Shown here one piece after another: positions 27,149-38,698 of a stretch of 64,000 nt of DNA. The DNA comes from Planctomycetota bacterium (lineage in GTDB: Bacteria > Planctomycetota > B15-G4 > JADJEK01). The stretch is from contig JBGAIQ010000016.1 in the NCBI GenBank assembly GCA_044225365.1, positions 32,001 through 96,000 of the forward strand, given 5' to 3'. The notes beneath the pieces were generated by a model that was not told the origin of the DNA, did no database searches, and saw nothing but the letters and a program-made list of their open reading frames with translations. Every line of letters begins with the position of its first letter. The first letter of the stretch is position 1. A program made the translations under genes and the position numbers.

Positions 27149-30100
27149 TCACTTGAACGGCTTGGTCTCGGCGTCGATCGAGCGCAGGAACGCGATCAGG
27201 TTCGCGCGCTGCGTCGGGTCCGCGACGAAGTGGTGGCGCGTTCCGCCGTTGTTGTCGAGCGATCCGTCGAGCACCGCGTCGAGCGTGGTGGCGAGCCCGC
27301 TGTAGAAGTACGGACCCGTCTCGTTCACCGACAGCAGGGACGGGATGTTGAAGCCGTTCGCACCGAGCGGCGCGATCGCCTGCGAGATGTCCGCCGCGTT
27401 GAAGCGGATCTCGTTGGTGCGACCCGTCGTGGTGAACGTGCCCACGTTGTTGAGGACGTTCGGTCCCTGCTTCTTGGTCTGGCGCAGCTCGGCGCCGATG
27501 ACGCGCTCGTTGCCGAACCCGAGCCCGATCTCCGGCGACGGCGGCTGCGCGTAATCGACGGTCGATCGCGTCCACTTCGCGCCGCCGTGGCAAGTGCTAC
27601 AGCTCACGCCGGGGACGATGAGTCCTTCCTGCTGGAAGAGGGTCTTGCCGGCGAGGACGTTCAGGTCGTCCTGCGCGAGCGGGGCTCGCGCGGGGCGGAC
27701 CTTCGCCGCGATCCACTTCGAGATCGCGTCGGCGCGCGCGTCGCGGCCGCTGTTCTTGGCGGTGAGGAAATTCGTCACGCCGGGCGGGCTCGAGAGCTGC
27801 AATCCGCGGCGGCCTTCGAACAGATTGCCCTTCAGCACCCAGCTCCCGCTCGGCGTGCCGGCGGGACCGGCGACGGCGCCGTTGTTGTTGATCGTGTATT
27901 CGAAGATCGTGCCGAATTCCGTGCCCGTCCCGTCGACTCCACCGACGACGTAGATCTGGTTCGTCGAGGTGGTGGCCGCGATGCCGAATTGCGCGCGCGC
28001 CGCGGGCATCGCAGTGTGGGTCGTCGCGACGAGCGTGACGGCCTGTGCGAGATACTCCTCGACGGTGTCGAGGACCGTGCCCGCCGCGTTCACGCCGCCG
28101 ACGACGAACACGCGGGACGAAGCTCCCCGCAGTGCGGTCGCCGAGCCGTGGCTGCGGCGCAATGTGAGGCCCGCTGGATTGAAGCCCGTCCACGTGCCGG
28201 GTCCGACCGGGTCGGCCTGGAAGCGTTGGACCGGGTTGGTGTTCGTCAACGACGGCGTACCTTCGGAACCCGTGTTGCCCGACACGACGTGGACGAGCTG
28301 CAGCGGTTCTGCGGTGTTGATGCCGCCCGCGACCGTGATGCCGAACTGAGCGACGGCGGTGGGGAGCGAGGCGACCGTGCGCCAGGTGTTGGAATCGGGA
28401 TCGTATTCCTCGACGGTGTTCACGGGGCTCGCGGACGAGCTCGTGCTCGAATAGCCGCCGATGACGTAGATGCGCGGGCCGGCGGCCGTCTCGACGACGG
28501 CAGCGCCGAGCGAATGGCGCGGCGTGAAGCCGGACGTGCTCTTGTTCTTGTACTTGTTCTTGCGCGGATTGAACTCGACGACGGCGCCCGTTCCGGTGAC
28601 GAGCGAGCCGTTGCCGCTGCCGGCGCGGCCGCCGAACAGGAACACGCGATCATCGGTCAGCGTCGCCGTCGCGAAATCACGGCGCGCGATCGCGAGGTTC
28701 GCGAGGGCAGCGTCGTCCTTCAGCGAATTGCTGTTCGTGACCGTGCCCGTCGACTGATCGAACTGCTCGACGCCGCCGAAATCGGTGGGGCCGGCCCCGA
28801 ACGCTCCGCCGAGCGCAAGGAACAACCGATCGTCCTCGATCAGTCCGCGGCCGCCGAACACGCCGCGCGTGTTGAGCTCGAAGTCTTGGTTCTCGTCGCG
28901 AACACCGCTCCAGTTGAGGATGCGCTGCTTGCTGTCCTTGAACTCGGGGAACATGCCGTCGAGCGCGATCGTCTGGCGCGGGCCGGTGTCGAACATCCAG
29001 GTCACGTTGTCGCTGCGGCCGTTCGGGTGACAAACGATGCAGCCGCCCCAGGCCTCGGCCGACATCCGATCCTCGGGACCGCGACCGGCGTAGAACAGCT
29101 CCTGCCCGAGGGCGATGACGGCGTCATCCGTTCCTGCCTTCGGCAGCTTCTGGGACTTCGCGGTCGAGAGCAGCGTGGGCGCCGTCGCGTTGCCGATGTC
29201 GATCACCGACACCGAGCGGCTCACGAGGTTGGACACGTAGGCGCGAGTACCCGCGCCGTTGAGCACGATGCCGTGGGGCGCCTTGCCTGCGATCTGCGTG
29301 CCCGTGACGGCTTCGAGATCGACGCGGACGATCGAACTCGGTCCGGCGACGAGCGGAGCTCCGATCGTCGGTACTCCGTTCGCATCGACGGTGATGCGGA
29401 CGATCACGTTCGCCTGCTGCACGGCGACCCATGCATCCGAGCCGTCGGCGCGCCACGCGATCGCCACGGGATTGGTGAGGAAGAGGCGCGGCGCCGGAGT
29501 GGTCGCGAGGTTGATCCCCTGATTGAGATTGAGCGGAGCAGTGCGCCTCACATTGGGATCGGTCTGGGTCGCGGTGATCTCGAGGCGCGTCGACGTGTTG
29601 AAGACCGAGAGCAGTCCCTGCGCCATCGAGTTGAAGCGCAGAGGTCCATTCGGCGAAGCGCCGGTGGAGACGACGTACGCGAAATTTGCGCCCGGCTGGA
29701 TCGCGATCGCCGCGAGCTGGTTCGGGAACGCGCCGGTCGGCGTGGTGAAGGTCTGAGGATTCGTCGAAGCGACGGCAGGAGTCGTCCCGCTCGCCGGCGC
29801 GAGCTTGCCGTTCGAGTTGAACCCGGTGCTCGCCATGGGGGCGAGGAGGATCGGATTCGGCGCAGAGAGCACGCCGTTCGTCGCCGCGGAGATCGCGATG
29901 ACGCGGCCCTCCTTCGCATCGTCCTGACCTTCGTCGAGCGAAGTCTTCCCGCTTCGCAGCTCCGCGAAGAACAGCGGGACGTAGAGCGTCTCGTCGGTGT
30001 CGTCGGCGTCACCGTCGTTGGTCATCGTCATGCTGCGCGGGGACGTACCGAACGTCGCGAGATCGACGACGCCGACGATCGTGGGGATCGTGGCCGCCGC

Positions 30101-30562
30101 ATTGAACACGAGTACGTCGTTCGCGGTCGCGCACGCGACGTACAGGCGGGTGCCGTTGGGCGAGAGGAGTACCGCGGTCGGCTCGCTGCCGACCGAGAGC
30201 TTCGTGACCACCTTCTCGTGGACGAGGTCGACGACGGCGACCTGACCGTCGAGGGAGAGAGAGACGAACGCGCGCGCCGCGGTTGGATCGATCGCGACGC
30301 TCGACGGTTCGCCGCCGACTTTCAGCGAGAAGCGTTTCTTCAACTCGTTCCCGACCACGTCGAACGCGGTGATCGAACCGCCGTCCGGGTTCACGTTGAC
30401 GACGAGCGAGTCGTCGTGGCTGATCGCGATCGGGCTCGATTGCGGCTGGATCGGCAGCGCGACGCCCGCGTGCGCCGAGTGATCGAGGAAGGGAGATGCA
30501 AGCGCCGCGGCGGCCGCGACGACGGAATGGGCCACGGAACGGGTCATCGGCTTACTTTGCAT
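27149..30562 (-). CDS. Exported YncE/YVTN beta-propeller plus di-heme cytochrome c peroxidase-like protein with inserted Kelch propeller
   Basis: Signal peptide; YVTN-like repeats; CIVCH (29027-29041) and CSTCH (27587-27601); FNIPSLL...GPYF; Kelch repeats IYVIGG, VEEYDP, VFVVGG, IYVVGG lie between the hemes. Confidence 0.8.
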   Translation of the reverse strand: MQSKPMTRSVAHSVVAAAAALASPFLDHSAHAGVALPIQPQSSPIAISHDDSLVVNVNPDGGSITAFDVVGNELKKRFSLKVGGEPSSVAIDPTAARAFVSLSLDGQVAVVDLVHEKVVTKLSVGSEPTAVLLSPNGTRLYVACATANDVLVFNAAATIPTIVGVVDLATFGTSPRSMTMTNDGDADDTDETLYVPLFFAELRSGKTSLDEGQDDAKEGRVIAISAATNGVLSAPNPILLAPMASTGFNSNGKLAPASGTTPAVASTNPQTFTTPTGAFPNQLAAIAIQPGANFAYVVSTGASPNGPLRFNSMAQGLLSVFNTSTRLEITATQTDPNVRRTAPLNLNQGINLATTPAPRLFLTNPVAIAWRADGSDAWVAVQQANVIVRITVDANGVPTIGAPLVAGPSSIVRVDLEAVTGTQIAGKAPHGIVLNGAGTRAYVSNLVSRSVSVIDIGNATAPTLLSTAKSQKLPKAGTDDAVIALGQELFYAGRGPEDRMSAEAWGGCIVCHPNGRSDNVTWMFDTGPRQTIALDGMFPEFKDSKQRILNWSGVRDENQDFELNTRGVFGGRGLIEDDRLFLALGGAFGAGPTDFGGVEQFDQSTGTVTNSNSLKDDAALANLAIARRDFATATLTDDRVFLFGGRAGSGNGSLVTGTGAVVEFNPRKNKYKNKSTSGFTPRHSLGAAVVETAAGPRIYVIGGYSSTSSSASPVNTVEEYDPDSNTWRTVASLPTAVAQFGITVAGGINTAEPLQLVHVVSGNTGSEGTPSLTNTNPVQRFQADPVGPGTWTGFNPAGLTLRRSHGSATALRGASSRVFVVGGVNAAGTVLDTVEEYLAQAVTLVATTHTAMPAARAQFGIAATTSTNQIYVVGGVDGTGTEFGTIFEYTINNNGAVAGPAGTPSGSWVLKGNLFEGRRGLQLSSPPGVTNFLTAKNSGRDARADAISKWIAAKVRPARAPLAQDDLNVLAGKTLFQQEGLIVPGVSCSTCHGGAKWTRSTVDYAQPPSPEIGLGFGNERVIGAELRQTKKQGPNVLNNVGTFTTTGRTNEIRFNAADISQAIAPLGANGFNIPSLLSVNETGPYFYSGLATTLDAVLDGSLDNNGGTRHHFVADPTQRANLIAFLRSIDAETKPFK

Positions 30563-30865
30563 GGGTTCTCCGGTTTCTCTAGGTCCTGCAACTCGGTCGG
30601 ATCGGCGGAGGATTCCGCGAGCGACCCGCTGGGTTCGGATGGACGGAGAGACGCAATCCGTGCGGGTTGCCGACACCCTGGAGCACGATTCCGTGGGACT
30701 TTCTCACCCGTCGTCGAGAAGAGAACGAGTCGATCGATCTCGAGCGAACAACCGTCCCGCGAGAATGGGTCATCCTTTTCCGCGTGCTTGCCCCTCGTCC
30801 TGGCTCGGCGTATCCTCGAAACGAACCGTTCGGCCTCGTACCGTCCCGCAAACGCAGGAGAACGC

Positions 30866-32335
30866 ATGGAACGATCGGACTCGAACCGAAATCCTCGCGG
30901 CGGGGTCTCCAGGCGAGAGATCCTGCGGATCGGTGGAGGCTCGCTCCTTGGAATGGGCGGACTCGGTGGGCTCTCGCTCTCCTCGCTGCTTCGCGCCGAA
31001 GCCCTCGCGAGGGAGGCGCCCGCGATGCCGAAGACGTTCGGCGCCGCGAAGAACCTGATCCTCGTCTTCCTTCAAGGGGGGCCGAGCCATCTCGATCTGT
31101 GGGATCCGAAGGACAACGTTCCCGACGACGTCAGGAGCGTTTTCAAGACGATTCCGGCGAAGGTTCCTGGGATGGAGGTCACCGAACTCCTCCCCAAGCT
31201 CGCGCAGGTGACGGACAAGCTGACCTTCATCCGATCGATGAGCTACTCCCCGGTCGGACTCTTCAATCACACCGCGGCGCATTATCAGATGTTGACCGGG
31301 TGGACCGCCGACAAGGTGAGTCCGTCGGGTCAGCTCGATCCACCGTCGCCCAAGGACTTCCCGAACCTCGGCAGCAACATCATCCGCTTGCGCCCTCCCG
31401 AGGTCCCGATGCTCTCCTTCGTGATGATGCCGCGGCCACTGCAGGAGAGCAACGTCATCGGCAAGGCCGGAACGGCGGGCTTCCTCGGTCGCGAGTTCGA
31501 CCCCTACACCCTGTACCCGGCGGGCGACGATCTCGACAACGCCAAGATGGACCACGTCAAGGCCGAGGATCTCGAACTTCGACCCGAGGTCTCGGTCGAT
31601 CGCCTCGAACGGCGCGCGAAGCTACGGGAATCGATCGACGCCGCGATGCCGGCGATCGATCGTGCGGTGAAGTCGTACGACCTCGACAAGTACGAAGAGA
31701 AGGCGCTCGGGCTCGTGCTCTCCGGACGGGCGCGCAAGGCGTTCGATCTCGAGAACGAGTCGGCCGCATTGCGCGACCGCTACGGGCGCACGACGTTCGG
31801 GCAATCCCTCCTCCTCGCGCGCCGATTCATCGAGGCGGGCACCCGCGTCGTCCAGGTGAACTGGCCGAAGGTCGCGAATTCGGACCTTCACTCCTGGGAC
31901 ATGCACACCGGACTCGTCGAGCGGATCCGGGATCGCGCGGCGCCGATGTTCGACCCGGCGTTCTCGACGTTCATCACGGATCTCGACGAGCGCGGCCTCT
32001 TGAAGGAAACGCTCGTCGTCGCGGTGGGTGAGTTCGGTCGCAGCCCGCGCAAGGGCCTCTCGACCTCCGGCAACGACAACGACGCCCAAGGGCGCGATCA
32101 CTGGCCGTACTGCTTCACGGCGCTCGTCGCGGGCGGCGGGATGAAGCGCGGCTACGTCCACGGCAAGTCGGACGCGACGGGATCGGCGCCGATCGAGAAG
32201 CCGGTCCATCCCACGGAGTTGCTCGCCACGATCTACCACGCACTCGGAATCGATCCCGCGACGATCGTCTACAACCACTTGAATCAGCCGCGTGAGCTGG
32301 TGCAGGGCAGTCCCGTCACGGAGCTCTTCGCATGA
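30866..32335 (+). CDS. DUF1501 family protein (planctomycete type, Tat)
   Basis: SRREILRIG; [47 protein letters not shown]. Confidence 0.92.
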   Translation: MERSDSNRNPRGGVSRREILRIGGGSLLGMGGLGGLSLSSLLRAEALAREAPAMPKTFGAAKNLILVFLQGGPSHLDLWDPKDNVPDDVRSVFKTIPAKVPGMEVTELLPKLAQVTDKLTFIRSMSYSPVGLFNHTAAHYQMLTGWTADKVSPSGQLDPPSPKDFPNLGSNIIRLRPPEVPMLSFVMMPRPLQESNVIGKAGTAGFLGREFDPYTLYPAGDDLDNAKMDHVKAEDLELRPEVSVDRLERRAKLRESIDAAMPAIDRAVKSYDLDKYEEKALGLVLSGRARKAFDLENESAALRDRYGRTTFGQSLLLARRFIEAGTRVVQVNWPKVANSDLHSWDMHTGLVERIRDRAAPMFDPAFSTFITDLDERGLLKETLVVAVGEFGRSPRKGLSTSGNDNDAQGRDHWPYCFTALVAGGGMKRGYVHGKSDATGSAPIEKPVHPTELLATIYHALGIDPATIVYNHLNQPRELVQGSPVTELFA

Positions 32336-33753
32336 GGAACGATCTGCTGCTCGTCCTCGCCGTTGCGATTTCGCCCCTCGCGTCGGCCTACCCCGAAGGC
32401 GATCCCAAGCCTGCGGCTCCCGTCAGCTTCTCCCGCGACGTGCGACCGATCCTCGATGCGCACTGCGCGGGATGTCATCAGCCGGCGCGCCCGCGCGGCG
32501 GCCTCACGCTCACCTCGCACGCGGAGCTGATGGCAGGCGGAGAGAACGGTCCGTCGGTCGTTCCCGGCGCGCCCGACAAGAGCTTGCTCGTGACCCAGAT
32601 CGCGCCGCACGATGGGGCGGCGCCGCTCATGCCACAGCAGCGCGAAGCGCTCGCGACGAAGGACGTCGACGTCATCAAGCGTTGGGTGGAGCAAGGCGCG
32701 AAGGACGACACTCCGAAGGAGCTGCGCGATCCGATCGATGCCAAGAACCCGCCGACGTACGAGCGCGCGCCGATCATTACATCGCTCGCGTATTCGCCCG
32801 ATGGATCGCTGATCGCCGTTTCCGGACACCATGAGACGCTGCTGCATCACGCCGATGGCAGCGGCCTCGTGAAGCGACTCGTGGGTCGCGCGGAGCGCGT
32901 CGAGTCGGTCGCCTTCTCGCCAGATGGCCGTTGGCTCGCCGTCGCAGGCGGATCGCCTGGCCGTCTCGGCGAGCTGCAGATCTGGGACGCCGCGAAGGGC
33001 GAACTGAAGCATGCGGAGAGCGTGACCACGGATTCGATCCGCGGCGCGAGCTGGTCGGCGGACAGTCATCTCGTCGCATTCGGATGCGGCGATCACAGCG
33101 TACGCGCGCTCGACGTCACCACCTGGAAGCCCGTGCTCTACAGCGCCGCGCACGACGATTTCGTTCTCGGCACGGCGTTCAGTCTCGACGGCTCGCATCT
33201 CGTCTCGGTGAGCCGCGATCGTTCGATGAAGCTCGTCAAGGTCGCGACGCAGCAGTTCATCGACAACATCACGAGCATCACGCCGGGGCAGACGAAGGGC
33301 GGATTGATGGCGGTGGTCCGCCATCCTTCGCAAGACGTCGTCCTCACGGGCGGCGCCGACGGTGTTCCGCGGATCTACAAGATCTTCCGCGAGCAGGCCC
33401 GCAGGATCGGCGACGACTTCAACCTCGTCCGCGCGTTCGATCCGATGCCGGGTCGCATCGGTGCGGTCGCCTTCGGCAAGGACGGTCAGCGCATCGCTGT
33501 CGCGAGCAGCTTCGCCGATGGTGGTGAGGTTCGCGTCTACGACGCGGCCGACGGCAAGCTCGTGTGGTCGCATCCGGAGCCGGTCGCGATCTTCACGGTC
33601 GCGTTCAGCCCGGACGGCTCCGCCGTCGCGATCGCGGGGCGCGAAGGCGTGGTGCATCGTCTCGACGGCGCGACGGGCGCCGAGCTCGGCAAGTTCGTTC
33701 CGGTTCCGTTGCGGGAGCCGGCTTCTCGTTCGACTGCGGAGAATCTGCGATGA
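32332..33753 (+). CDS. Planctomycete cytochrome c domain plus WD40 repeat protein
   Basis: [19 protein letters not shown]...MP...IKRWVEQGA followed by WD40-like repeats; ATGA overlap. Confidence 0.88.
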   Translation: MRNDLLLVLAVAISPLASAYPEGDPKPAAPVSFSRDVRPILDAHCAGCHQPARPRGGLTLTSHAELMAGGENGPSVVPGAPDKSLLVTQIAPHDGAAPLMPQQREALATKDVDVIKRWVEQGAKDDTPKELRDPIDAKNPPTYERAPIITSLAYSPDGSLIAVSGHHETLLHHADGSGLVKRLVGRAERVESVAFSPDGRWLAVAGGSPGRLGELQIWDAAKGELKHAESVTTDSIRGASWSADSHLVAFGCGDHSVRALDVTTWKPVLYSAAHDDFVLGTAFSLDGSHLVSVSRDRSMKLVKVATQQFIDNITSITPGQTKGGLMAVVRHPSQDVVLTGGADGVPRIYKIFREQARRIGDDFNLVRAFDPMPGRIGAVAFGKDGQRIAVASSFADGGEVRVYDAADGKLVWSHPEPVAIFTVAFSPDGSAVAIAGREGVVHRLDGATGAELGKFVPVPLREPASRSTAENLR

Positions 33754-36700
33754 CGGCTCCTGCCCGCGCAATGCGCGTGCTTCGTACCGCGTGGATCTGC
33801 GGCATCGCGGCGTCGCTCGTTGCTGCGGCCCACGCGACGACGGCCAGGATCGAACCCGCACCCACGGATCCCCGCGCGCTCGCGGCCATCGAGATCGAGC
33901 CGTCGCAGATCGATCTCAAGAGTCCGTTCGAATCGGTGCAGCTCCTCGTCACCGGTCGGCGCGTCGACGGCACTCGCGTCGATCTCACGCGCGAAGCGCA
34001 TTTCTCGCAAAGCGACGCCGTCGAAGTCACGCCGCTCGGCCGGCTCCGCCCGCGACGCAACGGCAGCGGCGTGCTCGCCCTCGAGGTCGGCGGGCAGACG
34101 CTCTCGGTACCGGTCACGATCTCGGGGCAGACCGAACAAGGCGATCCGGAGTTCCGGCGCGACGTCGAACCCGTACTCGGACGACTCGGCTGCAATGCTG
34201 GCACGTGCCATGGCTCGGCGAAGGGCAAGAACGGTTTCAAGCTGTCGCTTCGCGGCTACGACCCCGAGTTCGATCACCTGTCACTGACCGATGACCTCGC
34301 CGGGCGGCGCTTCGATCCCGTCGAGCCCGAGCGCAGCCTCTTCCTTCTCAAGCCCACCGCTGCGATCGCGCACGAAGGTGGCCAGCGCCTACTCGCGGAT
34401 TCGCCGGAATATCGAGTGTTGCGCGATTGGGTGGCTTCCGGCGCGCGATTCGATCGCATTCTCGCCGAGAAGGCGAAGGTCGAGCGAATCGAGCTCCTGC
34501 CGAAGGACGCCGATCTCGAAGGCCCTGGGGCGACCCAGCAGATGGTGGTCCGCGCCACGTACCAGGACGGCACGCAGCGCGACGTCACGGCGCTCGCGTT
34601 CGTGGAGAGCGACGATCCCGAGGTGGCGAAGGTCGACGGAAACGGCGTCGTCACCGGAGTGCGGCGCGGCGAGGTCGCCGTGCTCGCCCGCTACGAGGGT
34701 TGCTACGCGGCGGCGCGCGTGCCCATCAACGCGGGTGCGGACGCGAAGTCGTTCACCTGGGTCGACGTTCCGGAATACGGCTTCATCGACGAACTCGTCG
34801 ACAGGAAGCTCGCGCGGGTGAAGATGCTGCCCTCTCCGCTCGCGACCGATGCCGAGTTCATGCGGCGCGTGTACCTCGACCTCACGGGTCTCCCGCCGAC
34901 GATCAAGCAGGCGCGCACGTTCCTCGACGATTCGCGCGACTCGAAGATGAAGCGCGAAGAACTGATCGATCGGCTCATCGGTAGCCCGGAGTTCGTCGAT
35001 CACTGGACCCGCAAATGGGCCGACCTGCTTCAAGTGAACGCCAAGTTCCTCGGCGCCGACGGAGCGAAGGGTTTCCAGAACTGGATCCGCAAGGCGGTGG
35101 CGAGCAACGAGCCCTGGGACCGTTTCATGCGGGATGTGCTCGGCGCGTCGGGATCCACCGCGGCCAACCCTCCAGCTTCGTACTACAAAGTGCTTCGTGA
35201 ACCCGATGTGGTGATGGAGAACACGACGCAGCTCGCGCTCGGCATCCGGTTCAGTTGCAACAAGTGCCACGACCATCCGTTCGAGCGCTGGACGCGGGCG
35301 CAACACTGGAAACTCGCGGCGTATTTCGCGCGAGTGATGCGAAAGAACGCCGACGGGTCGCCCCTGATGCCCGAGAAGGGCGGGAATCAACCGGACGACG
35401 CGCGCGTCGCGTACGAGGAGATGATCGGCGACATGGACGGTGGCGAGCTGAAGGATCCCGACAGCGGCGTCGTCGTCTCACCCGGTCTGCCCTACGCGTT
35501 CGAAACGGCAGGAGCGGCGAAGGACGAAGGCGGACGTCGCGATCAGGTGGTGGCGTGGATCACTGCGAGGGAGAATCCCTACTTCGCGATGAGCTTCGTG
35601 AACCGGATGTGGAGCTACTTCACGGGCGTCGGGTTCATCGAGCCCGTCGACGACATTCGAGCCACCAATCCGCCGACGAATCCGGAGCTCCTCGATCGAT
35701 TGACGAAGGAGTTCGTGGCGCACGGATTCGACACCCGTTGGCTCGTTCGCGAGATCTGTCGCTCCCGCGTCTACCAGCAGTCCGTCGAGACCAACGACAC
35801 GAACGCGGGCGACACGCGGAACTACTCCCACGCGACGGCGCGTCGCCTCCCGGCCGAAGTGCTCTACGACGCCGTGTTCGTGGCAACCGGGGCTACGCCT
35901 CGCCTGCCCGGCACGCGGCCCGGTACGCGCGCCGGCGAGACCGTCGACGCGACGCTCGACTCGGGCGACGGCTTCCTCGGACTCTTCGGTCGTCCGCCGC
36001 GCGAGAGCGTCTGCGAGTGCGAGCGCAAGGCCGGCATGTCGCTCGGTCAGGCGTTGAACCTCGTGAACGGGGATACGGTGGCGAGCGCTCTGCGCGCGGA
36101 AGGGAATACGATCTCGTCGCTCGTCGCGAACGTGCGCGATCCGAAGGCGATCGTCGAGGAGTTGTTCCTCTCGTTCCTCGGACGCGAGCCCACTCCGGAG
36201 GAAACGACCCGTTTCGCCGCGACCCTCGATCCGATGCGCGTCGCGAACGCCGCGGCGCTCGCGCCGACCGATGCAAAGGAACTCGGCACGCGTCGCTCGG
36301 CCTTCGAGTCGGGACTCCATCCCGCCGAGTGGTCTTCGAGCAAGTTCGTGAGCGGGCGGTCCGATGCCGGCGCGGCGTTCGAAGCGAAGGAGGACGGCTC
36401 CGTGCTGGTCACCGGACCGATCGCCGACAAGGATACGTACACCCTCGTCTTCTCGACGGATCGCGTCGGGATCACGGGTATTCGCCTCGATGCGGTACCG
36501 GACGATTCGCTGCCGGGACACGGTCCGGGCCGTGCACCGAATGGCAACTTCGTGCTCGGCGAGATGCGCGTCGTCGCGATCCCGTTCGGCGCGCCGGCCG
36601 CCGCCAAGACCCTCACGCTGAAGGAGGCGACGGCCGATTTCGCGCAGGCCGAATTCCCCCCGATGAACGCGTTCGATGGCAAGCTCGAGACGGGCTTCGC

Positions 36701-37067
36701 GATCGTGCCGCAGACCGGGCGTGCGCATTCGCTGGTGGCGGAGACGAGCGAGGACGTCCCCGGTGACGGCGGCGGCGTCACGCTCGTCGTGACGATCGAT
36801 CAACGGTTCGGCGGCGCCCATACCCTCGGGAAGTTCCGGTTGTCGGTCACCACCTCGAAGCGACCGGTTCGCTACGACGACCTGCCGCTTCCCGTCGCGG
36901 CGGCACTCCGCAAGGCGAAGGACTCGCGCAGCGCAGAGGACGAAGACGTGCTGCACGGGTACTACGTCGCTCGCGATCCCGAGATCTCTGAACGAATCCG
37001 CCTCGCCGCGACGCAAGATCTCGCCTGGGCGCTCGTGAACAGCAAAGCGTTCCTGTTCAACCGCTGA
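33750..37067 (+). CDS. DUF1549/DUF1553 (PSCyt2/PSD1) protein with Ig-like repeats
   Basis: GCNAGTCHG, FMRRVYLDLTGLPPT, CNKCHDHP, NPYFA...VNRMWSYF, PPTNPELLDRL, PRESVCECER, DLAWALVNSKAFLFNR. Confidence 0.9.
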   Translation: MTAPARAMRVLRTAWICGIAASLVAAAHATTARIEPAPTDPRALAAIEIEPSQIDLKSPFESVQLLVTGRRVDGTRVDLTREAHFSQSDAVEVTPLGRLRPRRNGSGVLALEVGGQTLSVPVTISGQTEQGDPEFRRDVEPVLGRLGCNAGTCHGSAKGKNGFKLSLRGYDPEFDHLSLTDDLAGRRFDPVEPERSLFLLKPTAAIAHEGGQRLLADSPEYRVLRDWVASGARFDRILAEKAKVERIELLPKDADLEGPGATQQMVVRATYQDGTQRDVTALAFVESDDPEVAKVDGNGVVTGVRRGEVAVLARYEGCYAAARVPINAGADAKSFTWVDVPEYGFIDELVDRKLARVKMLPSPLATDAEFMRRVYLDLTGLPPTIKQARTFLDDSRDSKMKREELIDRLIGSPEFVDHWTRKWADLLQVNAKFLGADGAKGFQNWIRKAVASNEPWDRFMRDVLGASGSTAANPPASYYKVLREPDVVMENTTQLALGIRFSCNKCHDHPFERWTRAQHWKLAAYFARVMRKNADGSPLMPEKGGNQPDDARVAYEEMIGDMDGGELKDPDSGVVVSPGLPYAFETAGAAKDEGGRRDQVVAWITARENPYFAMSFVNRMWSYFTGVGFIEPVDDIRATNPPTNPELLDRLTKEFVAHGFDTRWLVREICRSRVYQQSVETNDTNAGDTRNYSHATARRLPAEVLYDAVFVATGATPRLPGTRPGTRAGETVDATLDSGDGFLGLFGRPPRESVCECERKAGMSLGQALNLVNGDTVASALRAEGNTISSLVANVRDPKAIVEELFLSFLGREPTPEETTRFAATLDPMRVANAAALAPTDAKELGTRRSAFESGLHPAEWSSSKFVSGRSDAGAAFEAKEDGSVLVTGPIADKDTYTLVFSTDRVGITGIRLDAVPDDSLPGHGPGRAPNGNFVLGEMRVVAIPFGAPAAAKTLTLKEATADFAQAEFPPMNAFDGKLETGFAIVPQTGRAHSLVAETSEDVPGDGGGVTLVVTIDQRFGGAHTLGKFRLSVTTSKRPVRYDDLPLPVAAALRKAKDSRSAEDEDVLHGYYVARDPEISERIRLAATQDLAWALVNSKAFLFNR

Positions 37068-38544
37068 AGTTCGCGTGAGAGGCTTCGCTTCGCAGGCGCG
37101 GCCCTCGCTCGGTCTCAGGTCCCTGGCCGGATCGTGATCGGTCATCCTGACGCTGCCAACGGCCTTCCCAGAAGATCTCCACGGCGTACGTCCCATCCTG
37201 ATCCTTCACGACGCGGTCGGGGATCCCCGCGCCCTTCAGTGTGAGGCGTAGTACCTGGCGCCGCGAGTCCTCGGGGCAGAGGCGCGACCGGGGCGGAGGA
37301 CGATGGAGGTCGGCGACGTTCGTCCATTCGACGCCAAAAGGAATCGATCGTTCGATGTCGACGCCGCGCGGATCCTCGACGGAGAAGTCGATCTCGTCCC
37401 GTGACGCGAAGTACTTGGCCGTGGCGAGCACCGAATCGAGCACGCGGCCCTCGACCGCGTAGACCCGGGCGCCGCGGCCGAACGTACCGATGAACGACAT
37501 CTCGGCGAGATCGAGGTCACCCGCTGGATCGTGCAGATCGAGCAGGGCGTCGATCGCGTCGTCCGGCATCGCATCGAGTTCGCGCGCCGGAATGTGCGAG
37601 AGCCAGCGCGCGACGAGAGCTTCCTCGAACTCGCTCGCAAACGGACCCTTGCGCTCCAGGGCTGCGCGCAAACGCGCCGACTCGAACCTCCGCCGCAGGG
37701 TGATCGGTCCGCGACTCGGAGGCGCGATCTGAAAGGCGGCGAACAGCAGGTTACGCTCGACTGCGGAAAGGGACCGGCTGAACTGGACGCAGGCGACGTG
37801 ATCGTCGGAGTCGCGCAGCACGATGTGATCGTTTCGCCTCGCGAGCGTCGCGAGGCGATCGATCTCTTCGTCGCGGACGAATAGATCGCTCCGCGGGAGG
37901 ACGACGAGGCAGCGGGTCGGTGCGTTCGCGATCGCTTCGCCGACGGCGACGTCGAGGATGTCGCGGAAGACGAGTCGCACGAGGAACGCGGCGGACGAAC
38001 CATAGAACTCGTGAACGTAGTTCGAGACGGCGTTGTCGGCTTCGATCGGCGCGAAGAACGCGGTCGCCGCGGGTCGTCGCCCACAGTGCAGCAGATAGGC
38101 TTCGCCGAGGGTACCGAGCGAAGCTCCTCGGACCGCGACTCGGGACTCGCCGCCTGCGCGCCGCACGGCTTCCTCGTACATCGAAAGAGCGTCCTCGCCG
38201 AGACGTCGTGAGTTGCGCGATCCATCGGAGAGCCCGACGCCGCGCCAGTCGCAGCACAGCGATGCGATTCCATACTCCGAGAGCCGCGCGAAGACGTCAC
38301 GCGAGTCGGCAGCGGTCGCCGTCGCCTCCAGGAGATGCAAGACGACCGGGGCGCCGTCGCCGGCAGGGACGAACACGCCGCGCAGTTCGACGCCGTCGCG
38401 CGTCTGGATCGAGATGCCTTCGGTGCCGGGCGGCATCGAATCGAGCGCCGGCGGCTCGCGCCGTACGGCATAGACGGCGGGCGGCGTGAAGCAGCCTGGC
38501 GCCGCGAACAGAATGGCGACGGCGATCGCGGTCCGAGATCTCAG
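37057..38544 (-). CDS. Alpha/beta hydrolase fold lipoprotein (start uncertain)
   Basis: TRDGVELRG, DWRGVGLSDG, nucleophile elbow GASLG; lipobox-like APGC. No ATG near the N-terminus; CTG 38544 is tentative and the ORF is open to 38712. Confidence 0.65.
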   Translation of the reverse strand: MRSRTAIAVAILFAAPGCFTPPAVYAVRREPPALDSMPPGTEGISIQTRDGVELRGVFVPAGDGAPVVLHLLEATATAADSRDVFARLSEYGIASLCCDWRGVGLSDGSRNSRRLGEDALSMYEEAVRRAGGESRVAVRGASLGTLGEAYLLHCGRRPAATAFFAPIEADNAVSNYVHEFYGSSAAFLVRLVFRDILDVAVGEAIANAPTRCLVVLPRSDLFVRDEEIDRLATLARRNDHIVLRDSDDHVACVQFSRSLSAVERNLLFAAFQIAPPSRGPITLRRRFESARLRAALERKGPFASEFEEALVARWLSHIPARELDAMPDDAIDALLDLHDPAGDLDLAEMSFIGTFGRGARVYAVEGRVLDSVLATAKYFASRDEIDFSVEDPRGVDIERSIPFGVEWTNVADLHRPPPRSRLCPEDSRRQVLRLTLKGAGIPDRVVKDQDGTYAVEIFWEGRWQRQDDRSRSGQGPETERGPRLRSEASHANFSG

Positions 38545-38563
38545 GGTTCGGGCGCCTTTCTTT

Positions 38564-38600
38564 GCGGCAGGGCGGCAGGGCGGCAGGGCGGCAGGGCGGC
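38564..38600. repeat. 8-bp tandem repeat (GCGGCAGG) x4.6
   Basis: Read directly; contains four GGG tracts separated by CGGCA. Confidence 0.9.
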
Positions 38601-38698
38601 GGTCGATGTACGTGCGATTCGAACCACGGTAACGAAGTCGCGCAACCGCAGTGGCTCGTGGTTTACGATCCGCGAAACGAATCGAGGAACCAACGGCG

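Noticed and set aside
27230-30865. Very long ORFs such as 27230..32335 (1701 aa), 40731..45008, 40809..44615 and 57731..61054
   Set aside because: Only the 3' portions are real genes. The upstream parts are stop-free antisense shadows of opposite-strand genes, expected at high GC3, with Arg/Val-rich nonsense composition.
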